Source: Spirochaetia bacterium
Lineage (GTDB): Bacteria > Spirochaetota > Spirochaetia > DSM-2461
DNA length: 64,000 nt
Reading direction: 5' to 3'
Assembly (NCBI GenBank): GCA_963668315.1
Contig: OY764216.1
Location: 3,040,001 to 3,104,000 of the forward strand
Shown in pieces: positions 34,983 through 46,923 of the stretch. Numbering within the stretch: position 1 is the stretch's first letter; the number at the start of each line of letters is the position of its first letter. The notes under the pieces were generated by a model that saw nothing but the letters and a program-made list of their open reading frames with translations, made no database searches and was not told the origin of the DNA. Made by a program: the position numbers and the translations under genes.

Positions 34983-37793
34983 ATGTCAGAAGAACAGGAT
35001 AAGAAAAAAACAAAAGTAACATTGATTAAGCATCAGCACCAGAAACCGGAAGCGGCCGCCGCCAGCGAATCGCCCACGGAAAAGAAGAAGGTGGTTGTTG
35101 TCAAGAAAAAGGTAGTTGTGAAGAAATCTTCCAAGCCTTCTCCTAAAGTAACAGAATCGCCCCAGGGCGAAGCTTCTCAGGAAAAAAAAGCCAAGGAGTA
35201 CAGGGAGGAAAAGGTGTCTTCTGACTCTACCGAAAAAAAACAAACCCGCAATCAGGGTGATGAAAACATCAAGGAAAAACCCTCTTCTGACGGTGCCCCG
35301 TCCCATTCTCGCAGCAGAACGTCCGATTCCGCTCCCAGAACGACGGCTCCCCGCTCAGCCGGCAGAACCGGCGCGCCCCGGTCCGCAGGCCGCGTAGGCG
35401 GTCCCCGTTCGGCAGGACGTGTAGGGGGAGCTCCCCGGGAACGTTCCGGCGGGTATAACGATAACCGCTCTGGCGGTTACAACGACAACCGTTCCGGCGG
35501 GTACAGCGATAATCGTTCCGGCGGTTACAACGACAACCGTTCCGGCGGGTACAATGACAACCGTTCCGGCGGGTATAACGGAAATCGTTCCGGCGGCTAT
35601 AACAGCCGTCCCGGCGGGTATAACAGCAACAGAACCGGCGGCGGGTACAATAATAACCGTCCCGGCGGCTACAATAACAATAGGCCCGGCGGTGGTTTTA
35701 ATAATAACCGTCCCGGCGGCTACAACAACAATAGACCCGGCGGCTTTAACAACAACAGACCCGGTGGCGGTTATAATAACAACCGACCCGGTGGCGGCGG
35801 TTTCAACAATAACCGGACAGGCGGTCCCAGGCCCGGCGGTTTCAACCGTCCCGGCGGCGGAAGCGGAGGCGGTGCTTCTCCCATTCCCGAGAACCAGGGA
35901 AAGAGCAGCGGGTCTAAGAAATTTTTCAAATCCAAGAAGAAGGATTACCATAAGAAAAAAGACGAATCTTCCGAAAAGATACTCCAGTATAAGAAGAAAG
36001 CCGTCAATCAGACCAATCCTGTTCCCAAAGAGATTGATATTATGGAGGTCATTACCGTCTCGGAACTGGCCAGAAAGCTGAATCTCAAAGCTTCCGATCT
36101 CATTTCCAAGCTCATGGGCATGGGAATGATGGTTACCATAAATCAGCAGATCGATGCGGAAACAGCCACGATCCTGGCGGACGAATTCGGCTGTAAGGTC
36201 AATATTGTTTCTCTTTATGAAGAGACGATTATCGAAAGCGTGGAAGACAAGGAAGAGGATCTCACCCCCCGTCCCCCCATTGTAACCGTAATGGGACACG
36301 TCGACCATGGTAAGACGAAACTTCTCGATGCCATACGTACCACTAATGTGGTGGCAGGAGAGTTCGGCGGTATCACGCAGCATATCGGAGCATATAAGGT
36401 TCACACCAGCCGTGGTGAGATCACTTTCCTCGATACTCCCGGTCATGCGGCATTTACTCTCATGAGAGCCCGGGGAGCGCAGATCACCGATATTGTCATC
36501 CTCGTGGTAGCGGCCAATGACGGTGTTATGCCCCAGACAAGAGAAGCAATCAATCACGCCAAGGAAGCCGGTGTACCCATCATTGTTGCGGTAAATAAGA
36601 TGGATCTCCCCGATGCAAATCCCGACAAGATCAAACAGCAGCTTTCTGAATATGAGATTCTGTCTGAAGACTGGGGCGGAAGCAATCAGTTCTGTTATAT
36701 CTCCGCTCTTAAGAGAGAAGGTATCGGTGAACTGCTCGATACGGTTCTTCTGGAATCGGAAATGCTCGATCTCAGAGCCAACTGGAACTGCCGTGCCGAA
36801 GGTAAGGTTATTGAGTCCCGTGTTGATCAGGGTAGGGGTACCGTCTCCACCGTGCTTATTGAAAAGGGTGTCCTGAGAGTAGGGGATTCTTTCGTCGCCG
36901 GTATTTTCGCCGGTAAGGTCCGGGCCATGTTCGATGATCACGGCCAGCGGGTAGATGAGGCGACTCCTTCCACTCCTGTCGAGATTATCGGTATCACGGG
37001 AGTTCCCGATTCGGGCGATCCCTTCCAGGTTACGGAAAACGACAGGGAAGCAAAGTCCTATGCCCAGAAGCGTCAGGAGCTCAAGAAAGTAGAAGAAGCG
37101 AAGAATGTCAAGAAAATCACTCTGGACAATCTTTATGACTCTATTCAGGATGGAGAGGTTCAGGAACTTAAGGTCATCATCAAGGGTGACGTTCACGGTT
37201 CCGTGGAAGCCCTTAAGGCAACCCTCGAGAAACTTTCCACCAAGGAAATCCGGCTGGTATGTATCCATGCCGCTGCCGGTGCCATTATTGAAAGTGATGT
37301 AACCCTGGCGGCCGCTTCCAATGCGATTATTATCGGTTTTCATGTCCGACCCACGGCAAAGGCTCAGGCTGTCGCCGAGCAGGAAAAGGTTGAAATCCGC
37401 AAGTATAACATCATTTATGATGCCGAGCAGGATATCAAGAGCGCCATGGAAGGAATGCTGGCTCCCGAACTTTCCGAGGAAGTCGTCGGACGTGTTCAGG
37501 TACGTGAAGTCTTCAAGGTGCCCAAGGTTGGTCTTGTCGCCGGTTGTATGGTTCTTTCCGGTACCGTTTCCAGAAAGAGCAATATCCATCTCATCCGAGA
37601 GGAGATTGAGATACATACGGGCGTCGTAAGTCAGCTCAAGCGCTTTAAGGATGATGCCAAGGAAGTCCGTGAAGGATTCGAATGTGGTATTTCTCTGGAG
37701 AACTTCCAGGATATCCAGGTCGGAGACGAGATGGAGGTTTTCGAAATGAAGGAAACCGCACGTAAACTGGGAGAGCCTACCGCGAATGAATGA
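34983..37793 (+). CDS. infB: Translation initiation factor IF-2
   Basis: [30 protein letters not shown] and LKRFKDD. Confidence 0.98.
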   Translation: MSEEQDKKKTKVTLIKHQHQKPEAAAASESPTEKKKVVVVKKKVVVKKSSKPSPKVTESPQGEASQEKKAKEYREEKVSSDSTEKKQTRNQGDENIKEKPSSDGAPSHSRSRTSDSAPRTTAPRSAGRTGAPRSAGRVGGPRSAGRVGGAPRERSGGYNDNRSGGYNDNRSGGYSDNRSGGYNDNRSGGYNDNRSGGYNGNRSGGYNSRPGGYNSNRTGGGYNNNRPGGYNNNRPGGGFNNNRPGGYNNNRPGGFNNNRPGGGYNNNRPGGGGFNNNRTGGPRPGGFNRPGGGSGGGASPIPENQGKSSGSKKFFKSKKKDYHKKKDESSEKILQYKKKAVNQTNPVPKEIDIMEVITVSELARKLNLKASDLISKLMGMGMMVTINQQIDAETATILADEFGCKVNIVSLYEETIIESVEDKEEDLTPRPPIVTVMGHVDHGKTKLLDAIRTTNVVAGEFGGITQHIGAYKVHTSRGEITFLDTPGHAAFTLMRARGAQITDIVILVVAANDGVMPQTREAINHAKEAGVPIIVAVNKMDLPDANPDKIKQQLSEYEILSEDWGGSNQFCYISALKREGIGELLDTVLLESEMLDLRANWNCRAEGKVIESRVDQGRGTVSTVLIEKGVLRVGDSFVAGIFAGKVRAMFDDHGQRVDEATPSTPVEIIGITGVPDSGDPFQVTENDREAKSYAQKRQELKKVEEAKNVKKITLDNLYDSIQDGEVQELKVIIKGDVHGSVEALKATLEKLSTKEIRLVCIHAAAGAIIESDVTLAAASNAIIIGFHVRPTAKAQAVAEQEKVEIRKYNIIYDAEQDIKSAMEGMLAPELSEEVVGRVQVREVFKVPKVGLVAGCMVLSGTVSRKSNIHLIREEIEIHTGVVSQLKRFKDDAKEVREGFECGISLENFQDIQVGDEMEVFEMKETARKLGEPTANE
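35442..35860 (+). repeat. Coding tandem repeat (24-nt units) in infB N-terminus
   Basis: Six consecutive 24-nt units from 35442 encoding RSGGY(N/S)(D/G)N, then degenerate R(P/T)GG(G)(Y/F)NNN units. Confidence 0.9.
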
Positions 37794-38163
37794 GGTAAGA
37801 CGCAAGAGGGTGGAAAGCCTGATCAGAGATCTGGTAAGTCAGCTCATCGTGACCGGTGAGATCAAAGATCCCCGGGTTTCCACTTTTATCTCCATAACAA
37901 GGGTTGAAACGGCCAAGGACGTGACAACAGCCCGAATTTACGTCTCTTCCATAGAGAGTGAAGACGCTCTGAATAGAGCGGTGAAGGGGTTGAATAATGC
38001 GGCCGGCTTCATTCAGAACACCATAGGTAAGGGGTTGAGGATGAGATCCACCCCCCGGTTGAAGTTTTATCCTGATTTTTCCCTTAAGGAGGGATTTGAG
38101 ATAAGCAGAAAGCTGGACGAATTGAATATAGAGAGCAAGGAAGAGAATGGGGACAATCCCTGA
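37786..38163 (+). CDS. rbfA: Ribosome-binding factor A
   Basis: IKDPRV, AAGFIQ and MRSTPRLKF; follows infB. Confidence 0.95.
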   Translation: MNEVRRKRVESLIRDLVSQLIVTGEIKDPRVSTFISITRVETAKDVTTARIYVSSIESEDALNRAVKGLNNAAGFIQNTIGKGLRMRSTPRLKFYPDFSLKEGFEISRKLDELNIESKEENGDNP

Positions 38164-39049
38164 ATCAGAAAATCCCCGGGAAAATACTCCCCGGGGTATA
38201 CTTCTAATGAACAAGCCCGCCGGGAGAACATCGTTTCAATCCCTGGGGGCCGTTAAAAAAGTTTTCCGCACAAGGAAAGTCGGACATACGGGTACGCTGG
38301 ATAAATTCGCCAGCGGCCTTATGATTGTTCTTGTCGGAAAATATACCAAGCTTAATGCCATATTTACCGGTATGGATAAGACCTATGAGGCCATCATCCG
38401 TTTCGGTGCCGAGACGGATACTCTTGATCCGGAAGGCGAGATTGTCGCTGAGGCTCCCGTTCCGGATTTTTCGGATATTGAATCTGCCTTAAGCGGTTTT
38501 CTCGGAAATCAGAATCAGATCCCTCCCCGTTATTCCGCCATTCATATTAATGGAAAACGTTCCTGGAAACTGGCCCGGGAAGGGGTGGAAGTTGAGATGA
38601 AAAGCCGCCCTGTGCGGATTGATTCCCTTGAGATTCTTAACTGGGATGGTTCCGAACTGGGTCTGAGAGTCAGTTGTTCCAGCGGTACTTATATCCGTTC
38701 TCTCGCCAGAGACCTGGCTCTGTCCTGCGGAAGCAGGGCGTATCTGACGGGGCTGGTAAGAACCAGGGTCGGACAGTTCACCCTGGCCGAAGCCTGCGAT
38801 ATTGATGGTGAGGCCGATCCTCCCGGTCTCTTTTCCCTTGCCGATACGGCCGATCGAATGCCTTTTGCCGGAAAAGTGGTTCTTGACGGGACGCAGAAAG
38901 CTCTGGTCGGCTACGGTGTTCCGGTGGATAGATTTCTCGCCCCTGTCGATTATCATGAAGGCCTCTATCCTCTTTTCGGTGAAGAGGGAGATCTGCTTGC
39001 CCTAATGGAAAAGCGGGAGAACAGGCTGAAATATCGTTTCGTCATGTAG
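38147..39049 (+). CDS. truB: tRNA pseudouridine(55) synthase
   Basis: KVGHTGTLD, QIPPRYSA and CSSGTYIRSLARD. Confidence 0.96.
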   Translation: MGTIPESENPRENTPRGILLMNKPAGRTSFQSLGAVKKVFRTRKVGHTGTLDKFASGLMIVLVGKYTKLNAIFTGMDKTYEAIIRFGAETDTLDPEGEIVAEAPVPDFSDIESALSGFLGNQNQIPPRYSAIHINGKRSWKLAREGVEVEMKSRPVRIDSLEILNWDGSELGLRVSCSSGTYIRSLARDLALSCGSRAYLTGLVRTRVGQFTLAEACDIDGEADPPGLFSLADTADRMPFAGKVVLDGTQKALVGYGVPVDRFLAPVDYHEGLYPLFGEEGDLLALMEKRENRLKYRFVM

Positions 39050-39251
39050 GTAATTGGTTTCTTAAGTCTTATTGTTCCTTGACTTAATGGGGCCATTGAT
39101 ATAAATTGAATCAAATGCTTTTTTCGGACTTCTGTTTTCCTGGAAGGTGTTACTTTCCTTTTAAACGGTATGGATCGGGAAAAGGCCGGATTTACCTTGT
39201 CCGCAAATCAAAATTTACGTAAAGGGATGAAAATATCCCGAGGAGACACAC

Positions 39252-39518
39252 ATGTTGACAGTTGAAGACAAAAAAAATATTGTTGCCGAATTCGGCAAGG
39301 ATGCAAATGATACGGGATCTGCAGAAGTACAGATCGCCCTTCTGACTAAGAGAATCGAAGATCTCACCGATCACTTTAAGGAGCACAAGAAAGACCATGC
39401 TTCCAGAAGAGGACTTCTGAAAATGGTAGGTCAGAGAAGAAGACTTCTCCGCTACCTCAAGAAGAAAGACCTTGATGGTTACCGTGCCCTCATCGGCAAA
39501 CTCGGACTCAGAAAGTAA
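39252..39518 (+). CDS. rpsO: 30S ribosomal protein S15
   Basis: [13 protein letters not shown] and [22 protein letters not shown]. Confidence 0.98.
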   Translation: MLTVEDKKNIVAEFGKDANDTGSAEVQIALLTKRIEDLTDHFKEHKKDHASRRGLLKMVGQRRRLLRYLKKKDLDGYRALIGKLGLRK

Positions 39519-39533
39519 GACAAAGGAAGTTAA

Positions 39534-41660
39534 ATGGAAACTGCTCGATTAAAAATTGGAGAGGAAGAGTTAATCCTCGAAACTGGAAAAATTGCAAAGC
39601 AGGCTAATGGTGCTGTTATGGCACGCTACGGCGGCTCGGTGGTTAATGCCACCGTTTGCTGCAGTTCCGAACCCCGGGAAGGGCTGGATTTCGTTCCCCT
39701 TTCCGTGGATTACAATGAAAGGTACTACGCTGCCGGTAAAATCCCCGGCGGATTTCTTAAAAGAGAGGCCAGGCCCAAGGATAAGGAAATCCTCGTTTCC
39801 CGTCTGATAGACAGACCGATGAGACCCCTTTTCTACAAGGCTTTCGGCCGTGAAATCCAGGTTGTTCCCATGACGGTTTCAACCGACCAGATCAATCCCC
39901 CCGACATGGTGGGTATGATCGCCGCCTTTGCGGCTGTCATGGTTTCCGACATTCCCTTCAACGGACCTGTCGCTGCTGTAAGAGTGGGACTGGTTGACGG
40001 GGAGTACCTGATTAATCCTACCTTCGAACAGATCGAAAAAGCCGATCTCGACATAGTCGTGGCTGGTACGAACGAAGGTATCTGCATGGTAGAAGGCGGC
40101 GCTCACGAAGTATCGGAAGCGCAGATGCTCGAGGCCATCAACAAGGCTGAGGTTTCCATTAAGGAAATCTGTGCGTTCCTTGAAGATTTCGCTTCCCGCT
40201 GCGGCAAGGAAAAACTTCCCCTCGTGGAAGTGACAACCGTGCTGGAAAAGAAGGATGAGATCTGGAATGAAGCCTTTGAACCCATGAAGAAGGCTCTTTT
40301 TCTTGATGACAAGCTCCTGAGACATCAGGGCGTCAGAGAGATCAAAGCCGGCTTGAGAGTCAAATATTCCGAATACATCACCGATGAAAACGGAATGCTT
40401 TTTGACGGGATATTCGAAGATATCGAAAGAGAGATCATAAGAAAATCCATTCTGGAGAATAATAAGCGGTGCGACGGTAGAAAAACCGACGAAATCCGGC
40501 CTATTACCTGTGAGAATGATATTCTTCCCCGTGCTCACGGATCGGCTCTCTTTACCCGGGGCGAAACCCAGTCTCTTGGTGTGACAACCCTCGGTACCGT
40601 AATGGATGAGCAGATCATGGATGATATTGATGGAGACAGAAGAACAAACTTTATGCTCCATTATAACTTTCCTCCCTACTCCGTAGGCGAGACGGGAAGG
40701 CTTTCTACAGGACGCCGGGAGATCGGACACGGTCACCTTGCCCAGAGAGCCCTGGAACCTATCCTTCCTCCCAAGGAAAGTTTTCCCTATACCATCCGGG
40801 TCGTCTCCGAGATTATGGAATCAAACGGTTCCTCTTCTCAAGCAACGATCTGTTCGGGAACATTGTCACTGCTCGATGCCGGTGTACCCATCAAGGCTCC
40901 CGTTGCGGGAATCGCCATGGGGCTTATCTCTGAAAGTGACGATAAATATGCCGTTCTGTCCGATATTCTCGGTGAAGAGGATCATATGGGCGACATGGAT
41001 TTCAAGGTAGCCGGAACGGAAAAGGGTATTACCGCTTTCCAGATGGATATCAAGATCTCCCATGTAACCGTTGATCTTATGAAGAATGCCATGGAGCAGG
41101 CCCGTCTGGGCAGACTCCACATCCTCGGGGAAATGGCCAAGTGCCTGTCCGTACCCAGTGAGAATGTCTCCATGTACGCTCCGAAGATTATCAGCCTTAA
41201 GGTTGAGGAAGACAAAATCGGCGCCGTTATCGGACCGGGTGGAAAAATCATTAAAGGTATTTCCGAAAAAACCGGAGCCAAAGTCAATATTGACGACGAC
41301 GGTACGGTTACCATCTCTGCCAAAGAGAGACTGGGAGCCGAAGAAGCCGAAAAAATGGTTCGCGCCATTGTGGAAGAACCGGAAGTGGGTACGATTTACC
41401 ATGGAACTGTTAAAAGAATCATGGATTTCGGAGCCTTTATTGAGATCCTTCCCGGTAAGGAAGGCCTCTGCCATATCTCACGCATATCGAAAGATCGCGT
41501 AGAAAAGGTAACCGATGTTCTTCAGGAAAATCAGGAAGTGGAAGTCAGACTTATCGAAGTCGATAGGGTCGGACGTCTGAACTTGAGTATTGTAGATGCT
41601 CAGAATCCCGATTGGAAACCCCGGGGAGGCGGTCGTCCTTCCAGCGGTGGAAGACGCTGA
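39534..41660 (+). CDS. pnp: Polyribonucleotide nucleotidyltransferase
   Basis: [24 protein letters not shown] and [10 protein letters not shown] and S1 domains. Confidence 0.98.
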   Translation: METARLKIGEEELILETGKIAKQANGAVMARYGGSVVNATVCCSSEPREGLDFVPLSVDYNERYYAAGKIPGGFLKREARPKDKEILVSRLIDRPMRPLFYKAFGREIQVVPMTVSTDQINPPDMVGMIAAFAAVMVSDIPFNGPVAAVRVGLVDGEYLINPTFEQIEKADLDIVVAGTNEGICMVEGGAHEVSEAQMLEAINKAEVSIKEICAFLEDFASRCGKEKLPLVEVTTVLEKKDEIWNEAFEPMKKALFLDDKLLRHQGVREIKAGLRVKYSEYITDENGMLFDGIFEDIEREIIRKSILENNKRCDGRKTDEIRPITCENDILPRAHGSALFTRGETQSLGVTTLGTVMDEQIMDDIDGDRRTNFMLHYNFPPYSVGETGRLSTGRREIGHGHLAQRALEPILPPKESFPYTIRVVSEIMESNGSSSQATICSGTLSLLDAGVPIKAPVAGIAMGLISESDDKYAVLSDILGEEDHMGDMDFKVAGTEKGITAFQMDIKISHVTVDLMKNAMEQARLGRLHILGEMAKCLSVPSENVSMYAPKIISLKVEEDKIGAVIGPGGKIIKGISEKTGAKVNIDDDGTVTISAKERLGAEEAEKMVRAIVEEPEVGTIYHGTVKRIMDFGAFIEILPGKEGLCHISRISKDRVEKVTDVLQENQEVEVRLIEVDRVGRLNLSIVDAQNPDWKPRGGGRPSSGGRR

Positions 41661-41672
41661 ACACCTTTAGGT

Positions 41673-41703
41673 AAAGAAGTCCCCTGACGGGGGCTTTTTT
41701 TTT
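41673..41703 (+). terminator. Intrinsic terminator after pnp
   Basis: AAGTCCCC-TGAC-GGGGGCTT hairpin followed by a T tract. Confidence 0.8.
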
Positions 41704-41748
41704 GCCCATAATTGTCAGAATCGGACAATGCTGATAAAATAGGGTTTA

Positions 41749-42189
41749 ATGATGAATGAAGTGAAAATATACTATACAGGAGAGGGCATAACTCCCCCCC
41801 ATTATCAATCCCACGGTGCGGCAGGGGCAGATGTTTATGCCCATCTTAATGAACCGGTAATCGTAAAGCCCATGGAAAGGGTAATGATCCCCACCGGTAT
41901 GTCCATTGCTCTGCCCGAAGGCTATGAAGCGCAGATACGTCCCCGTTCGGGATTGGCCTGGAAACAGGGACTGACTGTTTTGAACAGCCCCGGGACGATT
42001 GATTGTGATTACAGGGGCGAAGTGAGAATCCTCCTTATCAATCTGGGAGACAAGGAAGTCCTGATTTCCCATGGAGACCGCATCGCCCAGATGGTTATTG
42101 CACCCTATATACAGGGAAAATTCATTCAGACTGACTCTTTGGACGAAACAGATAGAGGAGAGGGAGGATTCGGTTCCACCGGTGTATAA
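41749..42189 (+). CDS. dut: dUTP diphosphatase
   Basis: AAGAD, RPRSGLA, GTIDCDYRGE and RGEGGFGSTG. Confidence 0.97.
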   Translation: MMNEVKIYYTGEGITPPHYQSHGAAGADVYAHLNEPVIVKPMERVMIPTGMSIALPEGYEAQIRPRSGLAWKQGLTVLNSPGTIDCDYRGEVRILLINLGDKEVLISHGDRIAQMVIAPYIQGKFIQTDSLDETDRGEGGFGSTGV

Positions 42190-43423
42190 ATATCTTGCGA
42201 TTTTCCTATTGATTCTCCTTTTTGCAGGATGCCGTACGTGGGCCCCTCCGGGGGATTCAAACCGACTGACCGCAGATGCCGGTTACGAAGGGGAGGGACA
42301 GTCGGATGAGGCTGATCCCCCTTCCTCCTTTGATGGGGGCCGGGACGAAGACCTGGGGCCCGACTGGCTGATCCTGGCTCAGGAAGCCTGGTTTACTCTT
42401 CATGACAGGGATCAGACCGATTACTGCCTGGACCGTGTCGATAAAATGAGTCTGGAAATTGACGACCGCCGCATGCTTTATCAGCTGCTCTGCCGCCTGG
42501 TTTATACCTCAATGATTCCCTTGGATGAGCTGGGGTTTCCCGACCGGAATATCTCCGCTCTCTATGTCGACGGGGACGATCTCTGGATGGGGACATGGAC
42601 AGGAGGAATCGCCCGCTATTCCATCCCCCTGGAAGAAATCACCGTTTTAAGGGATTCGACCGAAAGTCTGCGGGTCGAGAAAATCTCTGATTTTGAGAAA
42701 AGGGACGGTGATCTCCTTATCGCCGGTTATTCCGATTTATACCGCTATGAAAAACGCTCTTCCCTGTTTGAACGATCTTTTCCCGAAGAGATGGAACGGG
42801 TTAATAACCTGGCTCGGTTCAAGGGAAAGCTCTATGCCTCCACCGTCAACAAAGGCCTGTGGGTGGAGAACGGCAGAGGCGGCTGGAGCCGCGTAGGAAC
42901 AAATATTCCCGGTTTGAACCGCATCAATACGCTTATGGCGGATAATCGGAACTGTCTTCTTATCGGGACGGCTTCCGACGGGGTCCTCAGTTTTGACGGC
43001 CGCAATTTTACCAATCTCAGGACTTTATACCCCTCCTTTACGGGCCGGAACATAACTTCTCTCTCCGAGGAGGATGATATTCTTCTGGCGGGAACTTACG
43101 GCGAAGGGTGCTATGTGCTGGACCGTTCCCGCGGTGATCTGCGGTATTCTTCGGTGGACGGGGGGGACTTCTCCTCCAACTACGTTCTCTGCACCTACAT
43201 CGGCGGAAGGTGGCTCTTTGCCGGTACACTGGGCGGTGGACTATATGCTCTGGACCGGAGCAACTGGGGCCGGGACGCGGAATGGATCCCCCTGGGACTG
43301 GGGGAGGGCCTGAAATCTCTGGACGCCGCTGCCCTGACGGTTTTTGGAAACTACCTCTATGTGTCTCTCCTGGGGCAGGGGATATTACTGATAGATGAGG
43401 AAATCATTGAAAAGGCGATATAA
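42182..43423 (+). CDS. Putative lipoprotein with beta-propeller (two-component-regulator-propeller-like) repeats
   Basis: A GTG at 42182 gives VYKYLAIFLLILLFAGC (lipobox). Repeats LWMGTWTGG, LLIGTASDG, LLAGTYGEG and LFAGTLGGG. The track start at 42071 overlaps dut. Confidence 0.7.
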   Translation: MYKYLAIFLLILLFAGCRTWAPPGDSNRLTADAGYEGEGQSDEADPPSSFDGGRDEDLGPDWLILAQEAWFTLHDRDQTDYCLDRVDKMSLEIDDRRMLYQLLCRLVYTSMIPLDELGFPDRNISALYVDGDDLWMGTWTGGIARYSIPLEEITVLRDSTESLRVEKISDFEKRDGDLLIAGYSDLYRYEKRSSLFERSFPEEMERVNNLARFKGKLYASTVNKGLWVENGRGGWSRVGTNIPGLNRINTLMADNRNCLLIGTASDGVLSFDGRNFTNLRTLYPSFTGRNITSLSEEDDILLAGTYGEGCYVLDRSRGDLRYSSVDGGDFSSNYVLCTYIGGRWLFAGTLGGGLYALDRSNWGRDAEWIPLGLGEGLKSLDAAALTVFGNYLYVSLLGQGILLIDEEIIEKAI

Positions 43424-44687
43424 AACCATCTATCTCTATCTAACCAGGGAATTCCTTTTTTCCTTCCTGGTCTCCTTCCTCTTTTTCTTTATCATTTTTT
43501 TCGTTAACCAGATTCTTCTTCTGGCGGAGAGAATCCTCTCAAACCGAATTCCGATCAAGTATGTACTGCAGCTTATCGTCTGTACTTTTCCGTCTATTCT
43601 TGCCCTCTCCTTTCCCTTCGCCACCCTGGTGGGGGCCCTTATGGCGCTGGGCAGCCTCTCTTCCCAGAAGGAAATCCTTGCCATGGAATGCGCGGGCATT
43701 TCGATGAAAACCCTGTCGCGGCCCCTGATCGCCGTGGGAATCGTTTTCTGTTTCATCTCTTTCTACATCAACGATTATCTCCTGCCTCTCGGGGCTGTCC
43801 ATTACCGACGGATCAGCCGGGAAATCTTTACGGTCATGCCCTCTCTGGAACTCGAACCCTATTCCGTCAAATTTATTGATAATAAAATCGTGGTCACTTC
43901 CGAGGTGAAGGACAATCATTTCGGCCCGATACTCATCATTGAAAACGGCCGGCAGAATGAAAGGACGCTTATACTCTCACCGTCGGGATATTTTGAGAAT
44001 CATCCGGAGAAACTGGGGAATTTTTCCATTATTATGGACGATGTGGAAGAGCATAGTGTTGATAACAGAGATCGAATGACTCAGACATATACCAGAGCCG
44101 ATCATCTTTCCATGAATTTCCTATTCAGTTCTCTCGGCGGATTGTCCACCCTCTCTCCCCAGGAGATTCGGTCGGTCGACCTTCTGAAGCAGATCAGGGA
44201 GAAGCAGGAAGTGTTCGATGGGGAAGTCAGCCGATGGCAGGAACGGCTGACCAGAGCCGAAAAGGATCTGGAGGATGCCGTGACGGCCCGGGAGGAGATG
44301 ACGGAACCGAGCGAAAAGGAAAAAAGTGATTCCGATAAAAGGATAGAGAATCTCAGTTCCAATCTGGAATCCGTCAGGGAGTCACGTCCGAGAGACCGGA
44401 CGCTTGACCAGTGGAAAATGGAATTTTTTCAGAAATTCGCGATTCCCTTTTCCTGTTTTCCCTTCATGCTTATCGCCTTTCCCCTGGGTGTCGTCTCTCG
44501 GAGAAGCGGACGGGCCGTGGGGTTCATTCTCGGGCTGATTCTTGCTTTTCTCTACTGGGCTTTTCTGATCATAGGGCGGAATCTGACAATGCGGTCCGGT
44601 GTTTCTCCCTTTTTCTCCATCTGGTCGGCCAATATTCTTTTAACAGCTGTCGGTCTGATTCTATTTCGAAGGAAAACGAGAGGATAG
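43395..44687 (+). CDS. lptF: LptF/LptG family permease
   Basis: 3+3 TM layout; EILAMECAGIS; KFAIPFSC; paired with a downstream paralog. Confidence 0.8.
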   Translation: MRKSLKRRYKTIYLYLTREFLFSFLVSFLFFFIIFFVNQILLLAERILSNRIPIKYVLQLIVCTFPSILALSFPFATLVGALMALGSLSSQKEILAMECAGISMKTLSRPLIAVGIVFCFISFYINDYLLPLGAVHYRRISREIFTVMPSLELEPYSVKFIDNKIVVTSEVKDNHFGPILIIENGRQNERTLILSPSGYFENHPEKLGNFSIIMDDVEEHSVDNRDRMTQTYTRADHLSMNFLFSSLGGLSTLSPQEIRSVDLLKQIREKQEVFDGEVSRWQERLTRAEKDLEDAVTAREEMTEPSEKEKSDSDKRIENLSSNLESVRESRPRDRTLDQWKMEFFQKFAIPFSCFPFMLIAFPLGVVSRRSGRAVGFILGLILAFLYWAFLIIGRNLTMRSGVSPFFSIWSANILLTAVGLILFRRKTRG

Positions 44688-44691
44688 ACCT

Positions 44692-45771
44692 ATGAGAACA
44701 TTAACAAAAATGATATTCAAAGACCTCATCCCCGTTTTTCTGGTGGCACTGGTATTTTTTGTCATGGTTCTTCAGCTTCTTGATATTTTCAACAATTTGT
44801 GGAAATTTCTGAATAATGAAGTACCTCTGGCAACGGTATTCCGCATCTCCCTTCTCTATGTGCCCAAATGCGTCTCCTATGTCCTGCCCGTATCCATCCT
44901 TTTCTCCGTAACCTATACCCTGGGCAACTACTATGCCAATAACGAACTTATCGCTATTCTGAACAGCGGCATCTCTCTTTTCCGTCTCTCCCTGCCCGTA
45001 CTGCTCCTGGGGTTGTTCGTTAGTCTGGGCTCATTCCTCTTTGACCAGTATGTGGTCATAGAAACCTTCCGCCAGAAAAACGAGATGACCAGCGAACTCA
45101 CCGGAAGCCGGGTCAACTACAATAACAGCCAGGTAACCATCATGACCGAGAGGGGTGACCGCATTTATCATGCCGTATTCTACAACGATACCTCCCGGGA
45201 GCTGAGCCGTCCCATGGTGCTTGAGCGCGACGGCAGCGGAATGCTTGTAAGACGGATTGAAGCGGACAGGGCAGTCTGGGAAGGGGAGGGCTGGAAATTT
45301 CTCAATGTAAGAATATATGAGGATTTTAACGGCGAAAAGGGGCCGAAGCTCACCCAGGTGAAGGATTATACCGATCCGCTCCTGGCCGAACCTCCCGAAA
45401 CCTTCCGCAGGGACCTCCGTAACGTGGAGGAGATGACGCTGCGCGATGCCCGGGAGTGGATCCAGTCACAGATGAGGGCGGGTCTGCCCTACAAGGAGTC
45501 TTTGACCGACTATTACCGCCGTTTCTCCTTTGCCATGACCAGTTTTATCGTCACCCTCATCTCCTGCGCCCTGGGAAGCCGGTTCAAGAAGAATATCCTC
45601 CTTATGAGTCTCCTCACAAGTCTGGGACTGTCCGTAGGGTATTATATTATGCAGATGATTACCGCCCTGATGGCGACATACGGGACGGTGACACCCCTTA
45701 TGGGGGCCTGGCTGGGGTTTATTTTATTTTTTCTGGGAGGTATAATCCTCTTTCGCCATGCTCCCACCTGA
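44692..45771 (+). CDS. lptG: LptF/LptG family permease
   Basis: NNELIAILNSGIS; periplasmic jellyroll-like IEADRAVW..GW; PLMGAW. Confidence 0.8.
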   Translation: MRTLTKMIFKDLIPVFLVALVFFVMVLQLLDIFNNLWKFLNNEVPLATVFRISLLYVPKCVSYVLPVSILFSVTYTLGNYYANNELIAILNSGISLFRLSLPVLLLGLFVSLGSFLFDQYVVIETFRQKNEMTSELTGSRVNYNNSQVTIMTERGDRIYHAVFYNDTSRELSRPMVLERDGSGMLVRRIEADRAVWEGEGWKFLNVRIYEDFNGEKGPKLTQVKDYTDPLLAEPPETFRRDLRNVEEMTLRDAREWIQSQMRAGLPYKESLTDYYRRFSFAMTSFIVTLISCALGSRFKKNILLMSLLTSLGLSVGYYIMQMITALMATYGTVTPLMGAWLGFILFFLGGIILFRHAPT

Positions 45772-45800
45772 TGGGACTTCATCCTGCTAAGGAGAATTAA

Positions 45801-46922
<1,122 letters not shown>

Positions 46923-46923
46923 C

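Noticed and set aside
35442..35610. 24-nt repeats as a possible CRISPR array
   Set aside because: There are no spacers, the repeats are in frame within infB, and no cas genes are present.
35355..37805. 816-aa antisense ORF opposite infB
   Set aside because: It lies codon-aligned on the opposite strand of a highly biased gene and has no motifs, which is typical of a shadow ORF.
42071..42181. Track start of the propeller lipoprotein inside dut
   Set aside because: It overlaps dut by over 100 nt, whereas GTG 42182 gives a clean lipoprotein signal.
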